Of a stretch of DNA of 64,000 bases, positions 7,488 to 19,173 are shown one piece after another. Under the pieces are notes generated by a model that did not search any database, was not told the origin of the DNA, and saw nothing but the letters and a program-made list of their open reading frames with translations. The DNA lies in the NCBI GenBank assembly GCA_023262325.1, contig JALRBS010000118.1, positions 3,199 through 67,198 on the forward strand. The letters run 5' to 3'. How positions within the stretch are numbered: the first letter of the stretch is position 1; each line of letters starts with the position of its first letter. The position numbers and the translations under genes are program-made. The DNA comes from Ilumatobacteraceae bacterium. GTDB taxonomy: Bacteria; Actinomycetota; Acidimicrobiia; Acidimicrobiales; Ilumatobacteraceae.

Positions 7488-9752
7488 TCAGCCTGCCGAG
7501 GCCACTTTTGCGCGCACGATATTGAGCGCCGATCCCGCCCTGAACCACTCGACCTGCTCGTCGCTGAACGTGTGCGTGGTGAGGAACTCGACTGAGGAAC
7601 CATCAGCTCGCACGACGCGACAACGGATCTCTTTCCCGGGAACCGGTGGCAGGTCGCAAATGTCAATGCGATCGCTCTCGCCGATGAGTTCGTAACTGTC
7701 GGGGTCGGAAAAGGTCAACGGCAACAGCCCTTGCTTCTTGAGGTTGGTCTCATGAATGCGGGCGAATGACCGGGCAATGACGGCAACCCCGTTACGGAAG
7801 CGTGGTTCCATCGCTGCGTGCTCGCGGGACGAACCTTCGCCGTAGTTGCGATCGCCGACGGCAACCCAGCGGATACCGGCTTCGTGATATCGCCGTGCAA
7901 TTTCGGGGTACGTACGACGGTCGCCATCGGTGGTGTCCAACCCGATGCCAACTTCGCTGTCGAACGCATTGACCGCCCCTGCGAACAGGTTTCCGGAAAT
8001 GTTTTCAAGGTGGCCGCGATAGGTGAGCCACGGACCTGCTGCTGAAATGTGGTCAGTAGTACACTTGCCTTGCGCCTTCATCAGCACCGGGAGTCCCACA
8101 TAATCGTTGCCATCCCATGCTTGGAATGGCTCGAGTAACTGAAGACGTTCGCTCGAAGGCGATACCTGCACGACGACTCCATCGCGGTCGGCTGGCGGAG
8201 CGGTAAATGTGTCCTCACCTGGGTCGTAGCCGTGTGCTGGGAGGACGACACCAACGGGAGCGTCTAGTCGCACCTCTGTGCCGTCGGGGGATGTGATCGT
8301 GTCGGTTACCGGATCGAAATCAAGCCGGCCTGACAGGGCGATTGCCATGACGGTGTCGGGCGAGGTGACGAACGAGTAGGTGTTTGCTGACCCATCATTT
8401 CGTTTCGGGAAGTTTCGATTGAACGAATTGACGATCGTGTTTGGAACCGCTGTGGCATCCTCAGGTCGACTCCACTGACCGATGCACGGCCCGCAGGCGT
8501 TCGCCAACACCGTCGCGCCAACCGCTTCGAGGTCAGCAAGAATTCCGTCTCTCTCGATCGTTGCACGTGTCTGTTCTGATCCGGGTGTGATGAGGAGGTC
8601 AACTTTGGCGCGGAGACCGTGGGCGGCCGCTTGACGCGCAATCGATGCCGCCCGAGTGAGATCCTCATAGGACGAGTTCGTGCACGAGCCAATCAGCGCA
8701 GCGGAGATCTCGATCGGCCAACCGTTTTCTGCGGCGGCAGCACCAACTGCGGATCCGACACGGTGCGCTCGGTCGGGCGAGTGTGGACCATTGATCATTG
8801 GCCGCAAGTCATCCAAGTTGATTTCGATGAGTTCGTCATAGAGAGCGCCCTCGTCGGGACGAAGATCATCGGCGACAGCGTCGGCAGCGTCTGCGTGTTC
8901 GGCTCTGCCCGTGCTGCGTAAGTACGCCGCCATATTGCTGTCATAGGCAAAAACTGAGGTCGTAGCGCCGATTTCGGCACCCATATTGCAGATCGTTGCT
9001 TTTCCGGTTGCGGAAATTGAGTCGGCTCCGGGGCCGTGGTATTCGACGATCGCACCAGTTCCGCCCTCAACGGTGAGCAGGCGCGCAACTTCCAAGATCA
9101 CGTCTTTTGGTGATGACCAACCACTCAGCGACCCCGTGAGGCGAACGCCAATGACCTTCGGCCAGCGAACGTTCCATGGAAAGCCCGTCATTACGTCGAC
9201 TGCGTCGGCACCACCAACACCGATCGCAACCATGCCAAGGCCACCAGCATTCGGGGTGTGTGAATCGGTGCCGATCATCATGCCGCCGGGGAACGCGTAG
9301 TTCTCGAGAACGACCTGGTGAATGATGCCGGACCCGGGGCCCCAGAATCCGATGCCATATTTTGCGGAGACGGAACGAAGGAAGTCGTACACCTCGCGAT
9401 TGGTGTCAACCGCAACCCCGAGGTCGATGGTTGCGCCAACCTTGGCTTGGATGAGGTGATCACAGTGAACCGTCGATGGAACCGCGGCTTCCGGAAGTCC
9501 TGCCGTCATGAACTGCAGAAGGGCCATCTGTGCCGTGGCATCTTGCATCGCCACGCGATCTGGGTTGAAGTCAGCGTACGAGAGCCCTCGTTCCATCTCT
9601 TGTCCCGAAGGATCCACGAGATGGTTGATGAGAATCTTCTCGGCGAGCGTCAGCGGACGACCAAGCCGTTCACGTCCAAGCGCAACACGTCCGGGAAGTG
9701 AGGCGTAGACGCGACGTACGAGATCGATGGGGGTTGATGCGCTTACCGACAT
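7488..9752 (-). CDS. acn: aconitate hydratase, mitochondrial-type (about 750 aa)
   Basis: 754-aa ORF with long stretches matching the mitochondrial aconitase signature: [156 protein letters not shown]. Confidence 0.9.
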   Translation of the reverse strand: MSVSASTPIDLVRRVYASLPGRVALGRERLGRPLTLAEKILINHLVDPSGQEMERGLSYADFNPDRVAMQDATAQMALLQFMTAGLPEAAVPSTVHCDHLIQAKVGATIDLGVAVDTNREVYDFLRSVSAKYGIGFWGPGSGIIHQVVLENYAFPGGMMIGTDSHTPNAGGLGMVAIGVGGADAVDVMTGFPWNVRWPKVIGVRLTGSLSGWSSPKDVILEVARLLTVEGGTGAIVEYHGPGADSISATGKATICNMGAEIGATTSVFAYDSNMAAYLRSTGRAEHADAADAVADDLRPDEGALYDELIEINLDDLRPMINGPHSPDRAHRVGSAVGAAAAENGWPIEISAALIGSCTNSSYEDLTRAASIARQAAAHGLRAKVDLLITPGSEQTRATIERDGILADLEAVGATVLANACGPCIGQWSRPEDATAVPNTIVNSFNRNFPKRNDGSANTYSFVTSPDTVMAIALSGRLDFDPVTDTITSPDGTEVRLDAPVGVVLPAHGYDPGEDTFTAPPADRDGVVVQVSPSSERLQLLEPFQAWDGNDYVGLPVLMKAQGKCTTDHISAAGPWLTYRGHLENISGNLFAGAVNAFDSEVGIGLDTTDGDRRTYPEIARRYHEAGIRWVAVGDRNYGEGSSREHAAMEPRFRNGVAVIARSFARIHETNLKKQGLLPLTFSDPDSYELIGESDRIDICDLPPVPGKEIRCRVVRADGSSVEFLTTHTFSDEQVEWFRAGSALNIVRAKVASAG

Positions 9753-9758
9753 GGCTCC

Positions 9759-9764
9759 ACTATA
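9759..9764 (-). promoter_or_regulatory. -10 element TATAGT, 6 nt upstream of the acn ATG (leaderless-type)
   Basis: The minus strand reads TATAGT GGAGCC ATG. Confidence 0.55.
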
Positions 9765-9794
9765 CGAACCGAGGTCTGCTTCGGCGCAGGGGAC

Positions 9795-10451
9795 TCAGTC
9801 GAGTCGCTGTCCCCATTTACCCCAGTGGCTCACCTCGGTTGCAGGAAGCCGCGAAGCGGCCTTGAACTCAGTCCCAATCGTGTAGGCGATCGGAAACAGA
9901 CCGGCCTGGCTGACTCGTTCGAAGGGGATGCCGAGAAGTTCTGCGGCCTTTTGTTCGCCCCCGTTCGGCATATGAAGGGTGGTCCATGCTGATCCCATGC
10001 CGCGTTCACGCAGCGCGAGCATGAAACTCCACACAGCGGGCAACAACGAGCCCCAGAACGCAGCTGAGTTTGACGCGTCGGGTCGACCCTCGAGACATGG
10101 AATGAGCAATACCGGAGCCTTTTCAAAGTTGTCGGAAAGGTATTGGGCGGAGTCCGTCACGCGCGGAGCGGCCGCGTGTCGAGGGTCGGACTCGGCATAT
10201 TGAGGACGGGGCATCTGGCGATATGCCGCAAAGTTCTCGGCGTAGATGTCTTTGAGCGCTTTCCGATCGCTCTCGTCGGTAATAAATACCCACTGCCATC
10301 CCTGCCGGTTCGAACCTGTTGGTGCCTGAAGAGCGATATCAAGGCATTCCATGATGACGTCGGTGTCCACCGGACGATCGAAATCGAGTCGCTTTCGAAC
10401 GCTTCGGGTGGTGAGGAGTACTTCATCGGCAGACAGATTGAGTCGGGTCAT
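9795..10451 (-). CDS. nitroreductase family protein
   Basis: The track ORF is 9795..10487 (GTG). I prefer ATG 10451 (MTRLNLSADEVLLTTRSVRKRLDF...) because AAGACT sits 7 nt upstream. The fold resembles the nitroreductase family (TGSNRQGWQWVFI). Confidence 0.75.
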   Translation of the reverse strand: MTRLNLSADEVLLTTRSVRKRLDFDRPVDTDVIMECLDIALQAPTGSNRQGWQWVFITDESDRKALKDIYAENFAAYRQMPRPQYAESDPRHAAAPRVTDSAQYLSDNFEKAPVLLIPCLEGRPDASNSAAFWGSLLPAVWSFMLALRERGMGSAWTTLHMPNGGEQKAAELLGIPFERVSQAGLFPIAYTIGTEFKAASRLPATEVSHWGKWGQRLD

Positions 10452-10544
10452 GGTGACGAGTCTTGCAGATGTACCGGTAGTGCTCACGAGGTGAGCAAAG
10501 GGCGTGATTCGTGATTCATCGCCCAGCTTTGCGAAACTTGCACC

Positions 10545-11408
10545 ATGTCAATTGAAGTAGCCGGACTACCCACAGGTTTTGATGCGCACCCCGTTGATGG
10601 GACGGGTCGGGTGACGATTGCGGTTCACGACCATGTTGCGCTCGTGACGTTCTCACGTCCTGATAAGCGCAACGCACTCGATGGGGATCAATTCGCGGCG
10701 ATCGCCGAGGCCGGGCGACAACTGAAGTCGATGAAGGAAGTTCGGGTTGTCGTTCTGCATGGACTGGGTGCCTCGTTCTGCGCTGGTCTCGATTTTTCGG
10801 GCTTCGCGTCGATGGTGAACTCCGGACCTGCGACGGGGAGCGAAGCCAATAGCCCGGGCAGGCTGACCGAATCTGGACTCACCCACCTCGGTCAGCAGGT
10901 GTGTTGGGTATGGCAGGAGCTTGAGGTGCCCGTGATCGCGGCAATGCACGGACATGCATTGGGAGGCGGACTACAGATTGCGCTCGGTGCAGATATTCGC
11001 ATTGCACACCCCGACACACAGCTTTCGGTTCGCGAGGTTCACTGGGGCATCATCCCTGACATGACGGGCACACATATTTTGGATCGGCTCGTACGTCCAG
11101 ATATTGCGAGAGAGCTCACCTACACGGCTCGGGTGCTCGATGCCGCTGAGGGACACGAACTTGGTCTCGTGACGCGCTTGTCCCAGTCGCCACTTGACGA
11201 CGCGCTCGGGATGGCGCGCGAGATTGCCGGTCGAAACCCGCATGCGATTCGTGCCGCAAAACGCCTCTTGTCGCGGTCGTTCACGGCAGGAGCGGGCGAA
11301 CAATTTGCCGCCGAGCGCAGTGAAATTGGTGTTCTCATCGGAACACCGAATCAAGTCGAAGTCATCACCGCAAATCTCGAAAAGCGCGCCCCAATCCTTG
11401 TGGATTAA
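10545..11408 (+). CDS. enoyl-CoA hydratase/isomerase (crotonase) family protein
   Basis: 287-aa ORF with crotonase motifs FSRPDKRNALD, FCAGLDF, AAMHGHALGGGLQIALGADIRIA. Confidence 0.85.
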   Translation: MSIEVAGLPTGFDAHPVDGTGRVTIAVHDHVALVTFSRPDKRNALDGDQFAAIAEAGRQLKSMKEVRVVVLHGLGASFCAGLDFSGFASMVNSGPATGSEANSPGRLTESGLTHLGQQVCWVWQELEVPVIAAMHGHALGGGLQIALGADIRIAHPDTQLSVREVHWGIIPDMTGTHILDRLVRPDIARELTYTARVLDAAEGHELGLVTRLSQSPLDDALGMAREIAGRNPHAIRAAKRLLSRSFTAGAGEQFAAERSEIGVLIGTPNQVEVITANLEKRAPILVD

Positions 11409-11508
11409 CGCAATCGCGAACTTCGCTCCACGCGTGTAGAATATTTGTTCTGGGCCAGCGTCGTCCCAGCGCCACACCCCCCTTTGACATTTCAGTGGAA
11501 AGACGACG

Positions 11509-14500
11509 ATGCAGCCTTCAGTTCTTAGACGCGGTCTCTATGACCCCCGTTTCGAGCATGACTCGTGTGGTGTGTCATTCGTTGCAAACCTGCGTGGAGT
11601 TCGCTCGCATGAGCTCGTTCGTACTGGTCTCTTGGCGCTCACAAATATGGAACATCGGGGCGCGACCGGGGCAGAACCCGATACCGGTGACGGTGCCGGC
11701 ATTCTTCTGCAGATCCCAGACGCGCTTTTTCGTTCCGTTGCAGGGTGTGAGCTTCCTGCAGTAGGGCAGTACGCCGCCGGAATCGCGTTTCTCTCCGCCG
11801 AGGCGACACGAGCCACATCTCAGCGTGCAGAGATCGAGCGGATTCTTCGTGAAGAAGGATTGGAAACGTTGGGATGGCGAGAAGTTCCGACTAATCCGGC
11901 GTCGCTCGGAGCGACGGCACGAGCGGCGATGCCGTCGTTCTGGCAACTCTTCTGCGCCTCCCTGGACCGACGCTCGGGTATTGCGCTCGACCGGATCACC
12001 TTCATCGCACGTAAACGGACTGAGCACGAACTCGACGGTGTCTACTTCCCGTCATTGTCGGCGCGAACAATCGTGTATAAGGGGATGCTCACGACCCCCC
12101 AACTCGCCGAATTCTTTCCTGATCTCACCGACACGCGAACAGAAAGCGCTCTGTTACTCGTCCACTCACGTTTCTCAACAAACACGTTCCCGTCGTGGCC
12201 GCTGGCACATCCATACCGATTCGTGGCGCATAACGGGGAGATCAACACCGTGCAGGGCAATCAGAACTGGATGCGAGCACGAGAGGCGCTCGCACAGAGC
12301 GAATTGCTTCCTGGGCTCGAACGAGCACTTCCGATCTGTACGCCAGGTGGGTCTGATACGGCTCGATTCGATGAAGTGCTCGAACTCCTTCACCTCGGTG
12401 GGAGGTCGATCGAACATGCCGTCTTGATGATGATTCCGGAGGCATGGGAGAACAACGACGAGATGGATCCGGATCGTCGAGATTTCTACCGTTTCCACGC
12501 TGCGCTGATGGAACCGTGGGATGGACCCGCGAGCGTCACCTTTACGGACGGCGAAGTGATTGGTGCCGTCCTCGACCGCAATGGACTTCGCCCGAGCCGA
12601 TACTGGGTGACCGACGATGACCTCGTCGTCATGGCGTCCGAAGTCGGGGTGATCGACCTGCCAGCCCACAAGATCGTCTCGAAAGGTCGACTGCAGCCGG
12701 GCCGCATGTTTCTCATCGACACCAACGAAGGTCGCATCGTCGATGACGAAGAAATCAAACAGCGCCTCGCCTCCGAGCGTCCGTACGGGGAGTGGCTCAA
12801 GGCAGGAATGGTCGAACTTCACGACCTGCCAGAGCGAGAGCACGCAGTGTTCAGCCACGACAGCGTGCGTCGCCGCCAGCAGATGTTTGGCTACACGCAC
12901 GAAGAACTCAAGGTGCTTCTTGCGCCAATGGCGGCGAAAGGCATCGAACCGATCGGATCGATGGGTACCGACACGCCACTTGCCGTGCTGTCAGATCGCC
13001 CACGTCTTCTCTTTGACTACTTCCAGCAGTTGTTTGCCCAAGTAACGAACCCTCCGCTCGACGCAATTCGTGAAGAGGTCGTCACCGCAGTGTCTTCCAC
13101 AATCGGTCCAGAGGCGAACTTGCTCTCGCCTGGCCCCGACAGTTGTCGACAACTTGTGTTGCCGTTCCCGATTATTGAAAACGACGAACTCGCAAAGATC
13201 ATGTTCGCTGCTGAAGAAGGCGGTCGACCGGAATTTCGATCGCACGTCGTTCGGGCGCTGTATCCGGTTGACGGTGGTGGTGATGCTCTCGAGCGTCGCC
13301 TCGAGCAAATCTTTGAAGAAGTGAGCACCGCGATCGCCGATGGCGCCCGCGTCATCGTGCTCTCAGACCGAAACGCCGACGCAACACTTGCCCCAATTCC
13401 TTCTTTGTTGACGACATCGGCAGTTCACCATCACTTGGTGCGCACTCAGCAGAGGACGATGGTCGGACTCGTTGTCGAATCGGGTGATGCCCGTGAGGTG
13501 CATCACATGGCACTCCTCATCGGATACGGGGCCGGCGCAGTGAATCCATATCTCGCGTTCGAATCCATCGAGGATCTCATCACCACCAGCATGCACGACC
13601 TCGGCGCGATTGATCCCGCCACGGCTATTCACAACTACGTGAAAGCATGCGGAAAAGGCGTGCTCAAGGTCATGTCCAAAATGGGAGTGTCGACCGTTGC
13701 GTCCTACACCGGCGCGCAGATCTTCGAGGCGATTGGTATCGGAGAGTCGCTGATCGACAAATACTTCACCGGCACCGTTAGTCGGCTCAGTGGTATCACG
13801 ATCAACGAGATCGCAGAAGCCGTAGCGATGCGTCACCGATCAGCGCATCCAACCCGACCGGAAGAGCGAGCACACCGACAGCTCGAACTCGGCGGTGAAT
13901 ACCAATGGCGACGCGAGGGTGAGCACCATCTCTTCAACCCCGAGACTGTGTTCAAGTTGCAACACGCGACCCGCGCGAAGCGATGGGACATCTTCAAGGA
14001 GTACACGCAACTCGTCGATGATCAGTCAACGCGTCTCGCGACGTTGCGTGGTCTCTTCCGATTTGCGGATAATCGTTTGCCAATTTCAATTGACGAGGTT
14101 GAGGCCGCCTCGGTCATTATGAAGCGCTTCTCAACCGGCGCGATGTCGTATGGATCAATTTCTGCAGAAGCTCACGAGACGCTTGCGATTGCGATGAATT
14201 CGATTGGTGCGAAGTCGAACACCGGCGAAGGTGGGGAAGACGCCGACCGACTCCACGACCCGGCCCGACGTTCATCGATTAAGCAGGTCGCATCGGGACG
14301 TTTCGGCGTGACCTCTGAGTACCTCACGAATGCGGACGATCTGCAAATCAAGATGGCTCAGGGTGCGAAGCCCGGCGAGGGTGGACAGTTGCCAGGACAC
14401 AAGGTGTATCCGTGGGTAGCGAAGACGCGGCACTCGACCCCTGGAGTGGGCCTGATAAGTCCGCCGCCACACCATGACATCTACTCAATCGAGGACCTCA

Positions 14501-16041
14501 AGCAGCTCATTCACGATTTGAAGAACTCGAATCCATCTGCTCGAGTGCACGTGAAGCTCGTCGCCGAAATGGGTGTTGGAACAGTGGCAGCTGGTGTGTC
14601 AAAGGCGAAGGCCGACGTGGTGCTCATCAGCGGGCACGACGGCGGTACTGGTGCATCGCCACTGACCTCGCTGAAACATGCTGGTGGTCCTTGGGAGCTA
14701 GGGCTGGCGGAAACCCAGCAGACCCTCGTCATGAACGGACTTCGCGACCGAATCGTCGTTCAGACCGACGGCCAATTGAAAACTGGTCGTGATGTGGTTA
14801 TTGCGGCGCTGCTCGGTGCCGAGGAGTTTGGTTTCGCGACGGCACCGCTTGTTGTGTCGGGCTGCATCATGATGCGCGTCTGTCACCTTGACACGTGCCC
14901 TGTCGGTATCGCGACGCAGAATCCAGAACTTCGAGCCCGGTTCAGCGGCAAGCCCGAATTCGTCGTCAACTTCTTTGAGTTCATCGCCGAAGAAGTTCGC
15001 CAACTCATGGCCGAACTTGGCTTCCGAACCATGGATGAGATGATCGGCCACGTCGAAGCACTTGACGTCGCCCCGGCTGTTGACCATTGGAAGGCGAGTG
15101 GCCTCGACATTTCGCCAATTCTTGAGCCTGCCGAGAACGTGTACGGGCAGTCACTTCATGCATCCGTCACGCAAGATCACGGGCTTGATGAGGCGCTCGA
15201 CCAACACCTCATCGCCGCATGTGCGCCCGCAATCGATGATGCAGTTCCGGTTTCGCTGGAATTACCGATTCGCAATGTCAACCGTACGGTCGGAACGATG
15301 CTCGGTCACGAGATCACTCGTAAATGGAAAGGTGATGGACTGCCAGACGGGACGATCAACCTTCGATTCGATGGTTCTGCTGGCCAGAGCTTCGGTGCCT
15401 TCTTGCCTCGAGGTGTCACGATGACCCTGTGGGGCGATGCAAATGACTACGTCGCGAAGGGGCTTTCAGGAGGGAGGATTGTCCTGCGACCATCCGAAGG
15501 ATCAACCTTTGTTGCCGAGGATCAAGTCATCGCAGGCAATGTCATCGGTTATGGCGCAACCTCCGGCGAGATTTTTATTCGCGGCATCGTCGGCGAACGT
15601 TTCTGTGTTCGAAACTCGGGTGCCACTGCCGTCGTAGAGGCGGTAGGGGATCATGGTTGCGAGTACATGACCGGTGGTGTCGTTGTTGTGCTCGGCTCTA
15701 CTGGACGAAACTTTGGTGCCGGCATGTCGGGCGGTATCGCCTACGTGTACGACAAAGACGGATCGTTTGATCGTCGGGTAAATACCGAAATGGTCGCGAT
15801 CGAAGTTCTCGGCGAAGGCGACCGCGAGGATCTCCATCGTCTCATTACGGCACACGCTGAACGCACAGAGAGCGAAGTTGCGAAGCGATTGCTCGCATCC
15901 TGGAATGTTGAGATGAGTCGCTTCCGAAAGGTCATGCCTACGGACTACCGGCGAGTATTGGACGTGATGGCTCAAGCGGCTTCTGAAGGCGCCGATGACG
16001 CTGAGGCCGTTCGACGAGTGATGGAGGCGGCACGTGGGTGA
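11509..16041 (+). CDS. gltB: glutamate synthase large subunit
   Basis: 1510-aa ORF with an N-terminal Ntn amidotransferase domain ([13 protein letters not shown]), a central FMN/Fe-S domain and a C-terminal GltB beta-helix domain. It overlaps gltD by 8 nt. Confidence 0.97.
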   Translation: MQPSVLRRGLYDPRFEHDSCGVSFVANLRGVRSHELVRTGLLALTNMEHRGATGAEPDTGDGAGILLQIPDALFRSVAGCELPAVGQYAAGIAFLSAEATRATSQRAEIERILREEGLETLGWREVPTNPASLGATARAAMPSFWQLFCASLDRRSGIALDRITFIARKRTEHELDGVYFPSLSARTIVYKGMLTTPQLAEFFPDLTDTRTESALLLVHSRFSTNTFPSWPLAHPYRFVAHNGEINTVQGNQNWMRAREALAQSELLPGLERALPICTPGGSDTARFDEVLELLHLGGRSIEHAVLMMIPEAWENNDEMDPDRRDFYRFHAALMEPWDGPASVTFTDGEVIGAVLDRNGLRPSRYWVTDDDLVVMASEVGVIDLPAHKIVSKGRLQPGRMFLIDTNEGRIVDDEEIKQRLASERPYGEWLKAGMVELHDLPEREHAVFSHDSVRRRQQMFGYTHEELKVLLAPMAAKGIEPIGSMGTDTPLAVLSDRPRLLFDYFQQLFAQVTNPPLDAIREEVVTAVSSTIGPEANLLSPGPDSCRQLVLPFPIIENDELAKIMFAAEEGGRPEFRSHVVRALYPVDGGGDALERRLEQIFEEVSTAIADGARVIVLSDRNADATLAPIPSLLTTSAVHHHLVRTQQRTMVGLVVESGDAREVHHMALLIGYGAGAVNPYLAFESIEDLITTSMHDLGAIDPATAIHNYVKACGKGVLKVMSKMGVSTVASYTGAQIFEAIGIGESLIDKYFTGTVSRLSGITINEIAEAVAMRHRSAHPTRPEERAHRQLELGGEYQWRREGEHHLFNPETVFKLQHATRAKRWDIFKEYTQLVDDQSTRLATLRGLFRFADNRLPISIDEVEAASVIMKRFSTGAMSYGSISAEAHETLAIAMNSIGAKSNTGEGGEDADRLHDPARRSSIKQVASGRFGVTSEYLTNADDLQIKMAQGAKPGEGGQLPGHKVYPWVAKTRHSTPGVGLISPPPHHDIYSIEDLKQLIHDLKNSNPSARVHVKLVAEMGVGTVAAGVSKAKADVVLISGHDGGTGASPLTSLKHAGGPWELGLAETQQTLVMNGLRDRIVVQTDGQLKTGRDVVIAALLGAEEFGFATAPLVVSGCIMMRVCHLDTCPVGIATQNPELRARFSGKPEFVVNFFEFIAEEVRQLMAELGFRTMDEMIGHVEALDVAPAVDHWKASGLDISPILEPAENVYGQSLHASVTQDHGLDEALDQHLIAACAPAIDDAVPVSLELPIRNVNRTVGTMLGHEITRKWKGDGLPDGTINLRFDGSAGQSFGAFLPRGVTMTLWGDANDYVAKGLSGGRIVLRPSEGSTFVAEDQVIAGNVIGYGATSGEIFIRGIVGERFCVRNSGATAVVEAVGDHGCEYMTGGVVVVLGSTGRNFGAGMSGGIAYVYDKDGSFDRRVNTEMVAIEVLGEGDREDLHRLITAHAERTESEVAKRLLASWNVEMSRFRKVMPTDYRRVLDVMAQAASEGADDAEAVRRVMEAARG

Positions 16042-17485
16042 AGCAACCGGATTCCTTCAGTGGAGTCGACAACTTCCAGAACGGCGACCAGTTCCCGTGC
16101 GTTTGAAGGACTGGAAAGAGGTCTATGAGGACTTTCCGGCGGAGTCGGTGCGAACACAGGCAGGTCGTTGCATGGACTGCGGCAGTCCGTTCTGCAACAA
16201 CGGATGTCCGCTTGGCAATCTCATTCCAGACTGGAATGACCTCGTCTATCGAGATCTCTGGCGCCAAGCGATCGAGCGTCTGCACGCGACGAATAACTTT
16301 CCGGAGTTCACCGGGCGGCTTTGCCCTGCGCCATGCGAATCCGCGTGTGTCGTGGGCATCAACCAGCCTGCGGTGGCGATTAAGCAGGTTGAAGTTGAAA
16401 TTGTTGATCGCGCCTTCGAAGAAGGCTGGATCGTTCCGCAGGTACCAACAGTGAAAACCGGTCGCCGAGTTGCGGTGATCGGGTCGGGTCCCGCCGGACT
16501 CGCCGCGGCGCAGCAACTCACTCGTGCGGGACACGACGTTGTCGTGCTCGAGCGGGCTGACCGTATCGGTGGTCTCCTCCGGTATGGAATTCCTGAGTTC
16601 AAAATGGAGAAGCGCCACATTGACCGTCGGCTCGAACAGATGCAGGCGGAGGGCACTGAATTTCGAACAAACGCGATCGTCGGGGACAACATCGACATCG
16701 AGGTTCTTCGAGCCTCGCATGACGCAGTGGTGCTTGCGTGCGGCGCAACGGCGTGGCGGGACCTACCCATCCCGGGTCGGGAACTTCGCAACATTCACCA
16801 AGCGATGGAATATCTTCCGCTCGCGAATCGGGTGCAACTCGGCGACATCGAGCAATCGGCAATCGATGTGCATGGAGGGCACGTCGTCATTATCGGTGGA
16901 GGAGACACCGGCGCTGACTGTCTTGGTACGGCCTTACGACAAGGTGCCGCCTCGGTGACACAACTTGAAATCATGCCCCGACCACCCGAAGAGCGCTCTG
17001 CGGGAAACCCGTGGCCTCAGTACGCCATGATTTATCGAGTGTCGTCTGCACACGAGGAAGGCGGCGATCGGGTGTACAGCGTTAACACGGATCGTTTTCT
17101 CGATGACGGGGAGGGCAACGTTCGTGCGTTGCTCATTCATGAGGTTGAGATGATCGATGGTCGATTCGTCAAGGTCGAAGGCACCGATCGAGAGATTCCC
17201 GCCGACTACGTCTTTCTCGCGATGGGCTTCGTAGGTCCGGAAAAGGGCTCATGGCTCGACGAACTCGGTGTGCAACTCGACGATCGTGGAAACGTTGCCC
17301 GCGATGCCAACTACATGTCGTCGCAACCGGGCGTGTTTGTGGCTGGCGACATGGGGCGAGGCCAGAGCCTCATTGTGTGGGCGATTGCCGAAGGTCGCTC
17401 GGCAGCCGCCGGAGTGGACTCGTTCCTCATGGGCGAAACACGGCTGCCGAGACCGGTTGCGCCAACAGACCGACCGCTTATGTGA
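16034..17485 (+). CDS. gltD: glutamate synthase small subunit (NADPH)
   Basis: 483-aa ORF with an Fe-S motif CMDCGSPFC...GCPLGN and dinucleotide folds [14 protein letters not shown] and [13 protein letters not shown]. Confidence 0.95.
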   Translation: MGEATGFLQWSRQLPERRPVPVRLKDWKEVYEDFPAESVRTQAGRCMDCGSPFCNNGCPLGNLIPDWNDLVYRDLWRQAIERLHATNNFPEFTGRLCPAPCESACVVGINQPAVAIKQVEVEIVDRAFEEGWIVPQVPTVKTGRRVAVIGSGPAGLAAAQQLTRAGHDVVVLERADRIGGLLRYGIPEFKMEKRHIDRRLEQMQAEGTEFRTNAIVGDNIDIEVLRASHDAVVLACGATAWRDLPIPGRELRNIHQAMEYLPLANRVQLGDIEQSAIDVHGGHVVIIGGGDTGADCLGTALRQGAASVTQLEIMPRPPEERSAGNPWPQYAMIYRVSSAHEEGGDRVYSVNTDRFLDDGEGNVRALLIHEVEMIDGRFVKVEGTDREIPADYVFLAMGFVGPEKGSWLDELGVQLDDRGNVARDANYMSSQPGVFVAGDMGRGQSLIVWAIAEGRSAAAGVDSFLMGETRLPRPVAPTDRPLM

Positions 17486-17537
17486 GTGCTGTTGTCGCCA
17501 GTGTGAACCATGCTGTCGGTGACCTCGCGGAACCGAA

Positions 17538-17543
17538 TACGAT
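17538..17543 (+). promoter_or_regulatory. -10 element TACGAT, 6 nt upstream of ATG 17550 (leaderless-type)
   Basis: tacgat agagat atg. Confidence 0.5.
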
Positions 17544-17549
17544 AGAGAT

Positions 17550-18137
17550 ATGTCGCCGAAAGTTGTGTTCGCCGCTGCAGCGTTGCTGACAGTCGGAATA
17601 TCAGCGACAGGGTGTTCTGGCGGAGTCTCCTCGTCGGCGGCAACGGTGTCGCCGATTGAGCCGACGTCGTATGTCGTGAAGGAACTCGTCACGACGACGA
17701 CAACTATTGCTCCAACGACGACAACGACGTTGCCTGGCCAGCTTGGTGAGCCGTACATGCACACAATCGTGAAGAACGACAACCCTTCGTACCTCGCCGA
17801 TGTCTACAGCATCACTCTTGAGACGCTCAATGACGCGAATCGGACCAATCCTGATTACGGCGCATTTCCGATCGGTGGAACCGTCATCATTCCCGCTGGA
17901 GCGATCATGCCCAATGCTGGTGTCGTGGTGAGCACGAACAGCGACGGCACACAGTCTGCAACCGGAACGAATTGCAGCGTCGTTGAGCACACCATCGTCG
18001 CTGGAGACAATCCAACTGTTGTCGCCAACCAGTATTCGGTCACGCTCGAAGATCTGGCTCGAGCGAATGCGACCAACGCGACCTATCTCAGCTTCCTGCT
18101 CGGTGGCACCCTCATCATTCCGGTCGGCGACTGCTAA
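17550..18137 (+). CDS. LysM-domain lipoprotein (two LysM repeats)
   Basis: 195-aa ORF with a signal peptide and lipobox (LTVGISATGC), a Thr-rich linker, and two LysM repeats (HTIVKNDNPSYLADVYSITLETLNDAN..., HTIVAGDNPTVVANQYSVTLEDLARAN...). Confidence 0.85.
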   Translation: MSPKVVFAAAALLTVGISATGCSGGVSSSAATVSPIEPTSYVVKELVTTTTTIAPTTTTTLPGQLGEPYMHTIVKNDNPSYLADVYSITLETLNDANRTNPDYGAFPIGGTVIIPAGAIMPNAGVVVSTNSDGTQSATGTNCSVVEHTIVAGDNPTVVANQYSVTLEDLARANATNATYLSFLLGGTLIIPVGDC

Positions 18138-18153
18138 CGCCGGTTGTCACAAA

Positions 18154-19173
18154 CTACGAATGATCTCTCGAACCGAGATCGGGCCATGTCCGTTTCGGAC
18201 GTGAATTCCTGCCGCTCACCTCAGAGTTGCGACGCTCGGTAAGCGCCCACTTTCGTCGCCAGCTCGTCGTCGCGGGACCTCGGAGCGGATTCGTCTGGTC
18301 AGCACTGAAACGGCGAGCCGCCGACCAGAAGTCCGAGACGGATTCTTCGGCGAGACGTGCGACTGCCGATTCGATGCGGGCGTTGTATCGACGCGTGTTT
18401 TCATCCGAAACGGGCTGCAGTGGTTCGCCAAAGATGACTCGAGTTCGCCCGGGTCGCGGTTTGCGCATTCCCTTACCAAAGATTGCGCCAGTTCCTTCGA
18501 TGTGGACCGGGACAATCATTGTGCCTGTGCGCGATGAAAGATACGCAGCACCGCCCTTAAATGCCTGTGACCATCCGTCAGGCGATCGTCCGCCCTCCGG
18601 GTAGATGAGAAGACTCCGCCCGTCGTCGATGAGTTCACGAAACTGATCCGACGACTGTCGGCCTGTGGATTCTCGATCGATTGGAATTGCGTTGAGTGCA
18701 AGCGCAGAGAACACCGCTTTCCATCGTCGGTCAAAGAAGTAGTCAGCGGCTGCTGCCACGACAAGATCTTGTCGCCATACATGTGGAATTGCCTGGATCA
18801 TGACAGCGGTATCGAGATGGCTGTGGTGATCTGGAGCAAAGATCAAGGGTGGCGGGTCATCAAGCCGTGCGAGGTCTGCGAGTCGGTCAAGGCCATGAAC
18901 TTCGGGACGTGCGAGCACGCCAGTGAGCAGGCGCATCGGTCCAGCCGTCACGATCCCTCGAACCACCGACGCAACAGGGCGCCGAGCCCATTCTGTAGCG
19001 AAATTTGCTCCAAGGGTGTCGGGCTCTTCGGGCACGACGACACCACGTGGCACGGTCGGCGACCGCCATGGAAATCCAAATTTCGCCAACGGTTTTGCAA
19101 CGGAGCGAATTCCGCGTTCGACCGTTCCCGCAAGACGCTGCGCTCGGCGAGTGATTGCGACTCGTTTGCTCAT
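18154..19173 (-). CDS. lysophospholipid / 1-acyl-sn-glycerol-3-phosphate acyltransferase family protein (PlsC-like)
   Basis: 339-aa ORF with an HX4D motif (HHSHLD) and IYPEGGRSPDG. Its ATG shares one nt with the upstream gene's TAA stop (19173). Confidence 0.8.
   Translation of the reverse strand: MSKRVAITRRAQRLAGTVERGIRSVAKPLAKFGFPWRSPTVPRGVVVPEEPDTLGANFATEWARRPVASVVRGIVTAGPMRLLTGVLARPEVHGLDRLADLARLDDPPPLIFAPDHHSHLDTAVMIQAIPHVWRQDLVVAAAADYFFDRRWKAVFSALALNAIPIDRESTGRQSSDQFRELIDDGRSLLIYPEGGRSPDGWSQAFKGGAAYLSSRTGTMIVPVHIEGTGAIFGKGMRKPRPGRTRVIFGEPLQPVSDENTRRYNARIESAVARLAEESVSDFWSAARRFSADQTNPLRGPATTSWRRKWALTERRNSEVSGRNSRPKRTWPDLGSRDHS

Noticed and set aside
11437-11442. A TAGAAT hexamer about 67 nt upstream of gltB, with the 100-nt gltB leader considered as a possible riboswitch or attenuator.
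   Set aside because: There is no convincing -35 element and no stable conserved-looking structure or terminator in 11409-11508. At most it is a weak promoter guess, and I cannot support an RNA element.
12175-12900. Long antisense or alternative-frame ORFs inside well-supported genes. Examples are 12175..12900(-) in gltB, 15938..16720(-) in gltB/gltD, 31760..32605(-) in the aldehyde dehydrogenase, 45495..46142(-) in thrS, 57736..58353(-) in ruvB, 26150..27130(+) in murF, 40387..41004(-) in hisA, and 23031..23579(-) in the reductase-HAD gene.
   Set aside because: These are typical high-GC shadow ORFs. Their translations are Arg/Pro/Ser-rich low-complexity sequence with no family resemblance. 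They fully overlap genes with strong motif support, and none has a start-site signature.
17691-17729. An acgacgacg-type nucleotide repetition.
   Set aside because: This is the coding sequence of a Thr-rich linker (TTTTTIAPTTTTT) in the LysM lipoprotein. It is not a repeat element or a CRISPR-like array.
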